Shown here in pieces: positions 56,851-64,000 of a stretch of DNA of 64,000 nucleotides (the first letter of the stretch is position 1; each line of letters opens with the position of its first letter). Below the pieces are notes generated by a model. It was not told where the DNA came from and searched no databases. It saw only the letters and a program-made list of their open reading frames with translations. This DNA is from an uncultured Actinomycetota bacterium. Its GTDB lineage: Bacteria; Actinomycetota; Actinomycetes; JAHEKZ01. Position numbers and translations under genes: made by a program. The DNA is taken from the NCBI GenBank assembly GCA_963706045.1, contig CAVPLY010000008.1, positions 13,966 to 77,965 of the forward strand. Direction: 5' to 3'.

Positions 56851-59017
56851 CGGCCAGAACCCGCGCCGACACCTGCGGAGGCATGGAGTCATGTCGCGCG
56901 TACTTGCGGGTGAACGTGCCGGTGCCGTGTGACATCGACCGAAGATCGATGGCGTAGCGCACGATCTCCAGCTGTGGGACCTCAGCGCGCACCAGGGTGC
57001 GTCCGGAGCCCAGGGGTTCGGTACCCAGCACGTGCCCTCGGCGGGACGAAAGGTCGCCCATGACGGCTCCCACGAAGTCGTCGTCAACGAGTACGGCCAC
57101 CTCGTCGACGGGTTCGAGTAACAGCACCTGCGACTGTTCCGCGGCATCACGAAGGGCAAGTCCACCCGCCATCTGGAAGGCCATGTCAGAGGAGTCCACC
57201 GAGTGCGACTTGCCGTCGACGAGGGTGACCCGGATGTCCACCATCGGGTATCCGGCGCCGACGCCAGTTCCGACACCTCGCTCCATCTGCGCTCGCAAGC
57301 CCTTCTCGACGCTGGCGATGAACTGCCTCGGCACCGATCCGCCAACGACCTTGTCGACGAACTCAAAGCCAGCACCCTGCGGCAGCGGCTCGACCTCGAT
57401 GTCGCAGATGGCGAACTGCCCATGCCCCCCCGACTGCTTCACGTGCCGGCCGTGCCCCTTGGACGCACTACCGAACGTCTCGCGAAGGGCGACGCGCAAC
57501 GGAACAGTTTCGACCGAGACGCCGTACCGGGTGGAGAGTCGGTCGAGCAGCACGTCGACGTGTGCCTCACCGAGAGTCCACAGCACAACCTGACCGGTCT
57601 CCTTGCTGTGGTCGAGCCGCATCGTAGGGTCTTCGGCGACCAGCCGGGCCAGGCTCTGGGAGAGCTTGTCCTCGTCGGCCTTGCTCTTCGCGACGATGGC
57701 GACGGGCAGCAGAGCGTCTGGCATCTGCCAGGCCTCCATCAGCAGAGGCCGTTCCTTTTCCGACAGGGTGTCGCCGGTCTCGGCGTGCGCCAGCTTGGCC
57801 ACGGCACACACGTCACCGGCCACGGCCTTCGCGAGTGGGCGCTGCGTCTTGCCCAGTGGCGACGAGAGTGTGCCGACTTTTTCTTCGAGGTCATGGTCGG
57901 CATGCCCGCGATCGGCCAGACCGTGCCCTGAGACGTGCACGACCATGTCGGGCCGCAACGTGCCGGAGAAGACCCTGACCAACGACATCCGTCCGACGTA
58001 GGGGTCGCTGACGGTCTTGACCACTTCGGCGACGAGGGGTCCAGACGGGTCGGCGGTGAGTGGGCTCTGGGGCTTGCCATCGGGCGTGCTCACCGGAGGG
58101 ACGTCATGCTCGAGCGGGCTCGGGAAACCGCGGGTCATGAGGTCGAGCAGCTCGGTGAGCCCCATCCCGGTGGACGCCGCGACCGGTATCACCGGGTAGA
58201 ACGACCCGCGGGCAACGGCCTTCTCAAGGTCCTCGATGAGCGTGCTGAGCTCAACCTCCTCACCGGCGAGGTAGCGGTCCATGAGCGTCTCGTCCTCGCT
58301 CTCGGCGATGATCGCCTCCAGCAGCACGGCCCGAGCAGGTTCGATCATCTCGACGTGCTGCGGCTCCGGGTCGCGCTCGACCCTGGCGCCTGACGTGTAG
58401 TCGTCCACCCGCTGGGAGAGCAGTGAGATCAGCCCACCGACGCTCTCGTCGTCGGCCAACATCGGCAGGTAGAGGGGAAGGACGCCGTCTCCGAATGCGC
58501 TCTGCGCGGCAAAGAGAGCATCGTCGTAGTCGGCGCGTGCTGCATCGAGCTTGGTCACGACCACGGCTCGGGGCATGCCAACCGCTCCACACTCCTCCCA
58601 GAGCAACCGGGTCATGCCGTCGACGCCGTCGGTGGCCGCGATGACAAAGAGGGCCGCGTCCGCGGCTCGAAGTCCGGCCCGCAGGTCGCCAACGAAATCG
58701 GGGTAACCGGGTGTGTCAAGGAGGTTGACCTTCACCTCGCCGTAGTGCAGCGGTGCCAGGCTCAGCGAGATGCTGCGCTGCTGCCGGTGCTCGGCTTCGT
58801 CGAAGTCGGACACTGTCGTGCCGTCCTCGACGCGCCCGGGACGCGAAATGGTGCCTGTGGTGGCCAGCAACGCCTCGACCAGGGTGGTCTTGCCGGCGCC
58901 GCTGTGACCGACGAGCACCACGTTCCTGATATCGCCGGAGTTGCTGACCGCGGGGGCTGAGCCGCCGACACCACCCCCGGAATTACCGCCCCCAGAAATA
59001 CGCCCCTTCTCTGCCAT
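56837..59017 (-). CDS. elongation factor G-like GTPase (EF-G2 type)
   Basis: G1 VGHSGAGKTTL, DTPGYPDF and TKLD motifs, and EF-G domains II-V. Start at ATG 59017 (MAEKGRISGGGNSGGG). Confidence 0.88.
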   Translation of the reverse strand: MAEKGRISGGGNSGGGVGGSAPAVSNSGDIRNVVLVGHSGAGKTTLVEALLATTGTISRPGRVEDGTTVSDFDEAEHRQQRSISLSLAPLHYGEVKVNLLDTPGYPDFVGDLRAGLRAADAALFVIAATDGVDGMTRLLWEECGAVGMPRAVVVTKLDAARADYDDALFAAQSAFGDGVLPLYLPMLADDESVGGLISLLSQRVDDYTSGARVERDPEPQHVEMIEPARAVLLEAIIAESEDETLMDRYLAGEEVELSTLIEDLEKAVARGSFYPVIPVAASTGMGLTELLDLMTRGFPSPLEHDVPPVSTPDGKPQSPLTADPSGPLVAEVVKTVSDPYVGRMSLVRVFSGTLRPDMVVHVSGHGLADRGHADHDLEEKVGTLSSPLGKTQRPLAKAVAGDVCAVAKLAHAETGDTLSEKERPLLMEAWQMPDALLPVAIVAKSKADEDKLSQSLARLVAEDPTMRLDHSKETGQVVLWTLGEAHVDVLLDRLSTRYGVSVETVPLRVALRETFGSASKGHGRHVKQSGGHGQFAICDIEVEPLPQGAGFEFVDKVVGGSVPRQFIASVEKGLRAQMERGVGTGVGAGYPMVDIRVTLVDGKSHSVDSSDMAFQMAGGLALRDAAEQSQVLLLEPVDEVAVLVDDDFVGAVMGDLSSRRGHVLGTEPLGSGRTLVRAEVPQLEIVRYAIDLRSMSHGTGTFTRKYARHDSMPPQVSARVLAESNE

Positions 59018-59239
59018 CGTCGTCCCTCTTCCACGTCGACCGTTCCGATGTCGTCCCCACCCTGCTCGCACCGGTCGCCTGGGGCAAGTGACCTTGGGTC
59101 CTGGTCGGGCGTCTGCGGTGGGCGCTAGCGACACCCGCGACCGGCCGTTCCGCAGCCCTCTGGCCGATCTCGCTACTCTCACTGTGCAGCAAGTCGCGCG
59201 GCGGTGTTGTCCGCGGCACCGAAGAGGCGGGAGCAGCAG

Positions 59240-59854
59240 GTGGGCGGGTTCACCGACGCGGGCCGCGTCGTCGCTCGGCAGGTCTTCACGCCGGTTGCCC
59301 GCGTGCTCCTGAGGCTTCACGTCAGCCCAGACGCCGTGACGCTCGTGGGAACCCTCGGTACATCTGCGGCTGCGCTCTACTTCTTCCCGCGAGGAAGCTT
59401 CCTGGCGGGCACCCTCGTCATCTTCATCTTCGTCTTCTCCGACTCCCTCGACGGCACCATGGCCCGCCTCGCCGGACGGCCGTCGATGTGGGGAGCGTTC
59501 TTCGACTCCACCCTTGACCGGGTGGCTGACTCAGCCATCTTCTGTGGCATCGCGCTCTGGTTCGCCGGCGATGGCGCCGACCCCACCATGGCGGCTGTCA
59601 CGCTTGCGGCCCTGGTCGGCGGACTGATGGTGTCCTATGCCCGGGCTCGCGCCGAGGGGCTGGGGGCCGACGCCAGCACCGGGATCGCCGAGCGCACCGA
59701 GCGACTCGTCCTGACCCTGTTCACCGCTGGCCTCTCCGGGCTTCTCGATCTGCCGTGGATCTTGGACGCCGGTCTCTGGCTGGTCGCCATCTTGTCGTGG
59801 GTCACCGTTGCCCAGCGGATCTGGGCCGTGCGGCAACAGTTGCTGCCTCGGTAG
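59240..59854 (+). CDS. pgsA: CDP-alcohol phosphatidyltransferase, phosphatidylinositol phosphate synthase type
   Basis: DSLDGTMARLAGRPSMWGAFFDSTLDRVAD motif. Position before the PIM acyltransferase and pimA. Start at GTG 59240 or 59204. Confidence 0.85.
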   Translation: MGGFTDAGRVVARQVFTPVARVLLRLHVSPDAVTLVGTLGTSAAALYFFPRGSFLAGTLVIFIFVFSDSLDGTMARLAGRPSMWGAFFDSTLDRVADSAIFCGIALWFAGDGADPTMAAVTLAALVGGLMVSYARARAEGLGADASTGIAERTERLVLTLFTAGLSGLLDLPWILDAGLWLVAILSWVTVAQRIWAVRQQLLPR

Positions 59855-59859
59855 CCGAC

Positions 59860-60795
59860 GTGACATCGAACCTTCGGGCACGTCTAGGGTCGGCGCGTGA
59901 GCGCGCGGTGGCTGGAGCGACCACGGCCGGCTACGGAGCCGGCTGGCAGGTCGCCCAACGTCTGCCAGAGCACATGGTGGCACGGGGATTCGATGTCATG
60001 GCCGATCGAGCTTTCGGGCGTGAGGGGCGTGGGGTGACGCAGCTGAGGGCGAACCTCGCCAGGGCCCGCCCCGAGCTCGACGACGAGGAGCTGAGCGCCC
60101 TGACGCACGAGGCCATGAGGTCCTACCTGCGGTACTGGAAGGAAGCCTTTCGGCTTCCTCAGTGGTCGCCGACCGAGATCCGTGCGCGACTGGTCGCCCG
60201 CAACGCTGAGCGGATGTTCGACCCCCTGAAGTCCGGCCAGGGAGTGGTCGCAGTTCTAGGACACTTCGGCAACTGGGATCACGCCGGCGCGTGGGTGACT
60301 GCTCAAGGAACCCGCTTCACGACCGTTGCCGAGCGGCTGCAGCCCGAGTCGCTCTACGACCGTTTCGTGGAGTACCGGGAGTCGCTCGGCATGGAGGTCT
60401 TGCCGCTCACCGGCGGCCCCGACGTCACCCAGGTGCTGCAGGAACGACTGCGAGCTGGGGGACTCGTGGCACTGCTGGCTGACCGAGACCTCAGCGACTC
60501 GGGACTCGAGGTCAACCTGCTCGACGAACCCGCTCGTCTGCCTGCTGGTCCAGCGCTGCTGGCCCTCCGTACCAACTCGGTGCTGCTGCCGGTCGTCTCG
60601 TTCTACGACCGCGACCACACCCGGATCGAGTTCCGGCCGCCCTTGACGTCGTCGGAGCCACGGGTCCGAGATGCCGTTCGCGATCTCACCCAGCAGTGGG
60701 CCGACGTCGTCGGTGACACCGCGCGTCACCACGCCCGCGACTGGCACATGCTCCAGCCGGTCTGGTCCGCTGACCGGAATCGAGGTGGGCGATGA
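59860..60795 (+). CDS. phosphatidylinositol mannoside acyltransferase (lipid A biosynthesis acyltransferase family)
   Basis: LGHFGNWD (HX4D-type) motif at PatA-like length, located between pgsA and pimA. Confidence 0.8.
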   Translation: MTSNLRARLGSARERAVAGATTAGYGAGWQVAQRLPEHMVARGFDVMADRAFGREGRGVTQLRANLARARPELDDEELSALTHEAMRSYLRYWKEAFRLPQWSPTEIRARLVARNAERMFDPLKSGQGVVAVLGHFGNWDHAGAWVTAQGTRFTTVAERLQPESLYDRFVEYRESLGMEVLPLTGGPDVTQVLQERLRAGGLVALLADRDLSDSGLEVNLLDEPARLPAGPALLALRTNSVLLPVVSFYDRDHTRIEFRPPLTSSEPRVRDAVRDLTQQWADVVGDTARHHARDWHMLQPVWSADRNRGGR

Positions 60796-62306
60796 GGGTC
60801 GGCATCGTCTGTCCCTACGACTGGAACGTTCCCAGCGGCGTGGCGATCCACGTCCACGACCTGGCCGAGGCACTGATCAGCCTCGGCCTCGAGGTCGAAG
60901 TGCTCGCGCCGGGGGAGGAGAACGGCGACACCGCCGACTACGTGACGATCGCCGGTCGCTCCCTCGCCGTGCCGTACAACGGCTCGGTGGCCCGGGTCTC
61001 CTTCGGTCCACGGTCGGCCTCGCGCGTTCGGAAGTGGATCAGGGAGGGCGACTTCGATGTGCTGCACGTGCACTCGCCGGTGACACCAAGTCTCGGGATG
61101 ATGGCGTGCTGGTCGGCGCTTGGCCCCATCGTCGCCACCTTTCACGCAGCCATCGACGGGCATTCGCGGATGATGAGTGGCGGAGCGTGGATCCTGCAGG
61201 CAACCCTCGAGAAAGTCCGGGCCCGTATCGCGGTGAGTGAAGAGGCTCGACGAACGGTGGTCCAGCACCTGGGTGGTGACGCGGTGCTCGTGCCGAACGG
61301 CGTCGACGTCCAGCGGTTCGCGGCCGCGAGCCCGCGACCGGAGTGGACCGGCGCAGGCACCATCGCCTTCCTCGGGCGCGTCGATGAGTCGCGCAAGGGG
61401 CTGCAGGTACTGCTCGAAGCGCTACCCGCCATAGCGGTGGCTCATCCGTCTGTGCGGGTGCTGGTGGCTGGCCCAGGGGACACCGACGAGGTCGACGCGC
61501 TGCCGGAGGAGCTCCGCCGTCGCGTCGAGCTTCTCGGACACGTGAGCGAGCACGACAAGGAGGAGCTGCTGTCGTCGGTCGACCTCTACGTCGCGCCACA
61601 CATCGGCGGCGAGAGCTTCGGCATCGTCCTGCTGGAGGCAATGGCGGCCGGCAGTCCGGTGCTGGCCAGCGACCTTCCTGCTTTCCGCGATGTCCTCGAC
61701 GGGGGCCGGTGCGGAGGCCTGTTCGCCACGGGTGACCCTGAGTCCTTGGCCAAGGCGGCATCGGACCTGCTCTCGGACACGGGGAGGCGCGAGAGCTTGG
61801 TTGTCGCTGGCGCCGAGCGGGCCGCGGAGTTCGACTGGGGGCGCGTTGCCCGCCAGGTCATGGCGGTCTACGAGACGGTGGGAGCGCAGGGCGAGAAGGT
61901 CGTCGAGGACGACCGCCAGGGCCCCGGCATGTTCGCCGGTCGGTTGCGGTGGCGCCCCAGCGCTGACCCCGGCGGGCCAGCTGACCAGATGACGTCGGCC
62001 AGGTCGGCTGACGGGGCCGGCTCGGGGACGGCGCTGGCTCAGGGGACGGGGGGAGCAGCACATGAGCGGCTGGGAGTGGATCCTCCTTCTCCTTGTCCTT
62101 CCGCTGTTGTTCCTGGCGCTCTACCTGCGAGGCCTGGCTGCGCGCCTGGACCGACTCCACCTCCGTGTCGAGGCGTCAGAGGCGGTCCTCGACGCCCGCC
62201 TCGAGCGCCGAGCTGCCTTGACGAAAGAGGTGGCACTGGAAGTCGGACTCGATCCCGTGAGCGCGGTGCTCTTGCTGGACGCCGCGTCTGCGGCGCAGCA
62301 CAGTGA
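60792..62306 (+). CDS. pimA: GT4 phosphatidylinositol alpha-mannosyltransferase; the ORF tail beyond about 61900 is Pro/Arg/Gly-rich, overlaps the next gene by 245 nt and is probably not authentic
   Basis: MRVGIVCPYDWNVPSGV, ESFGIVLLEAMAAG (EX7E) and AVYETV end-of-domain motif. ATGA overlap with the upstream gene. Confidence 0.85.
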   Translation: MRVGIVCPYDWNVPSGVAIHVHDLAEALISLGLEVEVLAPGEENGDTADYVTIAGRSLAVPYNGSVARVSFGPRSASRVRKWIREGDFDVLHVHSPVTPSLGMMACWSALGPIVATFHAAIDGHSRMMSGGAWILQATLEKVRARIAVSEEARRTVVQHLGGDAVLVPNGVDVQRFAAASPRPEWTGAGTIAFLGRVDESRKGLQVLLEALPAIAVAHPSVRVLVAGPGDTDEVDALPEELRRRVELLGHVSEHDKEELLSSVDLYVAPHIGGESFGIVLLEAMAAGSPVLASDLPAFRDVLDGGRCGGLFATGDPESLAKAASDLLSDTGRRESLVVAGAERAAEFDWGRVARQVMAVYETVGAQGEKVVEDDRQGPGMFAGRLRWRPSADPGGPADQMTSARSADGAGSGTALAQGTGGAAHERLGVDPPSPCPSAVVPGALPARPGCAPGPTPPPCRGVRGGPRRPPRAPSCLDERGGTGSRTRSRERGALAGRRVCGAAQ

Positions 62307-62628
62307 TCGCTCCGGCGAGGCCAGACAGACCGCTGAGAGCGACTTGAGTGCTGCTCTTCGAGCGGTCTTCTCCGATGACGAGTCGGTGGCAGAGCTGGTT
62401 GACGACCCGGAGTCGCGGTCGGCGTTGGAAGAACTTGCCGAGGTATGCGTGGGGGTAACGCTCGCACGGCGCTTCGCGAACGACGCGGTCAGGGCGGCGG
62501 TCGCGATCCGCAAACGCGGAATCGTCCGGGTGCTACGCCTCGCCGGACATGCGGCCTGGCCCCAGAACCGCGATCTGGACGACGCCCCGCCGGACGCCTT
62601 GTCACGCTTCGCCCTGGACTCCGCTTAG
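62062..62628 (+). CDS. hypothetical N-terminally anchored protein (weak LemA-like pattern)
   Basis: GGGGGA RBS, TM helix WEWILLLLVLPLLFLALYL, then a helical domain. Confidence 0.55.
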   Translation: MSGWEWILLLLVLPLLFLALYLRGLAARLDRLHLRVEASEAVLDARLERRAALTKEVALEVGLDPVSAVLLLDAASAAQHSDRSGEARQTAESDLSAALRAVFSDDESVAELVDDPESRSALEELAEVCVGVTLARRFANDAVRAAVAIRKRGIVRVLRLAGHAAWPQNRDLDDAPPDALSRFALDSA

Positions 62629-62637
62629 CCTTGTCGC

Positions 62638-63651
62638 ATGACGTCTGTTCGGGGGAGCCTCATCGGCCTCGCCCTTTCCCTGGCTCTGTCCGCGTCCGTA
62701 CTTGCCGCGTGCAGTTCCGGCGATGATGAGGCGGCGCCGGTCGCGACACCGACGCCCACCCCTGCCGCCGAACCTGAGCCGCCGACCACGCTGCTGTCGG
62801 GACGTCGGGGCGAAGACGGGCAGGTCTTGGCCGTCAAGCTCGACAACACCGTCAACAGCCATCCGCATGCAGGGCTGATCGCGGCTGACGTCGTGTACCT
62901 GGAAGAGGTCGAGTACGGGCTCACACGCTTCATGGCGGTCTTCTCGTCGAAGTACCCCAAGGTGATCGGTCCGGTTCGCAGCGCTCGACTCAGTGACCTG
63001 GAAATCTTGCAGCAGTACGGCAGAGTGGCCTTCGCGTTCTCGGGGGCGCAGGGACCGATCCTCGACGACATCGGCGCCGCGCCGCTCTATCCCCTCAGCA
63101 ACGACGCCGGTGCCGCCGGCTACAGCCGCAGCCCCGATCGCTCCGCCCCGTGGGACCTGTTCCTCGACCCGGATGTGTTGCTGAAAGGGGCGCCGAAGGC
63201 CACTGAGGCCAAAGACGTGGGATTCACCTTTGATGAAGATGCGCCCAAGGGCGGTAAGAAGGCCCGGGAGTTCACGACGTTCTGGCCGGGGGCACAGGCA
63301 AAGTTCGTCTGGAACCCCGAGGAGGAGCGGTGGCTGCTCTCGATGGATGGCAACCCGGCGATGTCGACCGAGGGGCCGCAGCTCGGCGGCACGACGGTGA
63401 TCGTGCAGCGGGTAGACGTCTATCCCTCAGAGTTCGGTGATGCCTACGGAGGCGTCACACCGACCACCGAGACCGTGGGCAAGGGCGAGGCATGGATGTT
63501 CCGTGACGGCAAGGTGTGGCCGATCAAGTGGTCGCGCCCGAGTGCCAAAGACGGCACTACCTGGAAGTACAAGGGTTCCCAGGTGGCCTTCGATCCGGGT
63601 CAGGTGTGGATCTTGTTGCTCGACAACGATCGGCGCCCTCAGATCCGCTGA
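62638..63651 (+). CDS. DUF3048 domain lipoprotein
   Basis: Lipobox SVLAAC. VLAVKLDNTVNSHPHAGLIAADVVYLEEVEYGLTRFMAVF is typical of DUF3048. Confidence 0.8.
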   Translation: MTSVRGSLIGLALSLALSASVLAACSSGDDEAAPVATPTPTPAAEPEPPTTLLSGRRGEDGQVLAVKLDNTVNSHPHAGLIAADVVYLEEVEYGLTRFMAVFSSKYPKVIGPVRSARLSDLEILQQYGRVAFAFSGAQGPILDDIGAAPLYPLSNDAGAAGYSRSPDRSAPWDLFLDPDVLLKGAPKATEAKDVGFTFDEDAPKGGKKAREFTTFWPGAQAKFVWNPEEERWLLSMDGNPAMSTEGPQLGGTTVIVQRVDVYPSEFGDAYGGVTPTTETVGKGEAWMFRDGKVWPIKWSRPSAKDGTTWKYKGSQVAFDPGQVWILLLDNDRRPQIR

Positions 63652-63702
63652 GGCCCATATCCGCTGAGGCCCATATCCGCTGAGGCCCATATCCGCTGAG
63701 GC
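63643..63702. repeat. 16-bp tandem repeat atccgctgaggcccat, 3.75 copies, the first copy containing the stop codon of the DUF3048 gene
   Basis: Three perfect copies (63643-63690) plus a 12-nt partial copy, read directly. Confidence 0.9.
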
Positions 63703-63796
63703 AGAGCGGACGTCGGCCCCGTACGATGGGGGAGTAGCGCTGCATCAGAGCCCGTCCCTGGTTGGCGTCCCACTACCCGTCCGAGTGAGGTCCTCC

Positions 63797-64000
63797 GTGT
63801 CCGCGAATACGCCCGCACCTGTGTCATCTGACGCTGAAAGCGCTCCCGAGATCGGTACGTCCCGTGTCAAGCGCGGAATGGCCGAGATGCTCAAGGGCGG
63901 GGTGATCATGGACGTCGTCACCCCCGACCAGGCCAAGATCGCCGAGGATGCCGGCGCCGTTGCTGTCATGGCTCTCGAGCGCGTGCCCGCCGACATCCGC
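63797..64000 (+). CDS. pdxS: pyridoxal 5'-phosphate synthase lyase subunit, N-terminal part (runs off window)
   Basis: GTG 63797. ...[45 protein letters not shown] is the PdxS N-terminus. Confidence 0.88.
   Translation, partial: MSANTPAPVSSDAESAPEIGTSRVKRGMAEMLKGGVIMDVVTPDQAKIAEDAGAVAVMALERVPADIR

Noticed and set aside
63643-63702. Possible CRISPR array
   Set aside because: The repeats are directly adjacent with no spacers, the unit is only 16 bp, and there are no cas genes in the window.
63427-63827. Minus-strand ORFs with repeated [16 protein letters not shown] sequence
   Set aside because: They are produced simply by translating the 16-bp tandem DNA repeat and overlap the DUF3048 gene end. 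There is no independent coding evidence.

Overview
This is a high-GC actinobacterial chromosome segment, mostly conserved core genes. Core content: dxs (3' part), a fadB-fadA beta-oxidation pair, RNase D, the coproporphyrin-type heme genes hemE/hemY/hemQ, msrB, stand-alone LigD-polymerase and LigC ligase genes, zapE, the histidine-utilisation genes hutH/hutU/hutI, pabB/pabC-like genes, and the actinobacterial block thrS-HIT-pgsA1-PIM acyltransferase-pimA ending in pdxS at the window edge. There are four tRNA genes: a Gly(GCC)-Cys(GCA)-Val(GAC) cluster on the minus strand and a separate Val(CAC). Three things stand out. (1) At 29.2-30.25 kb, two tandemly duplicated cassettes each carry a conserved ~165-nt upstream region, then 2-3 tightly packed 34-36 aa hydrophobic cationic peptide genes of two sequence types, then a strong hairpin. 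I recognise no family for these peptides, and this is my best candidate for an undescribed system. (2) Directly next to it lies an ~11.3 kb accessory island inserted in the 3' end of tRNA-Val(GAC). It is bounded by an 18-nt (extended 26-nt) direct repeat of the tRNA 3' end, has no integrase, and is full of gene remnants and small paralogous genes. (3) There are unusually many single-base reading-frame breaks in otherwise conserved genes: dxs, a YjbR-like gene, a kinase-aminotransferase fusion, three in hutI, and others. These point to either assembly indel errors or real gene decay. Short tandem repeats span the stop codons of two genes. No CRISPR array, rRNA or intact transposase/integrase was seen.
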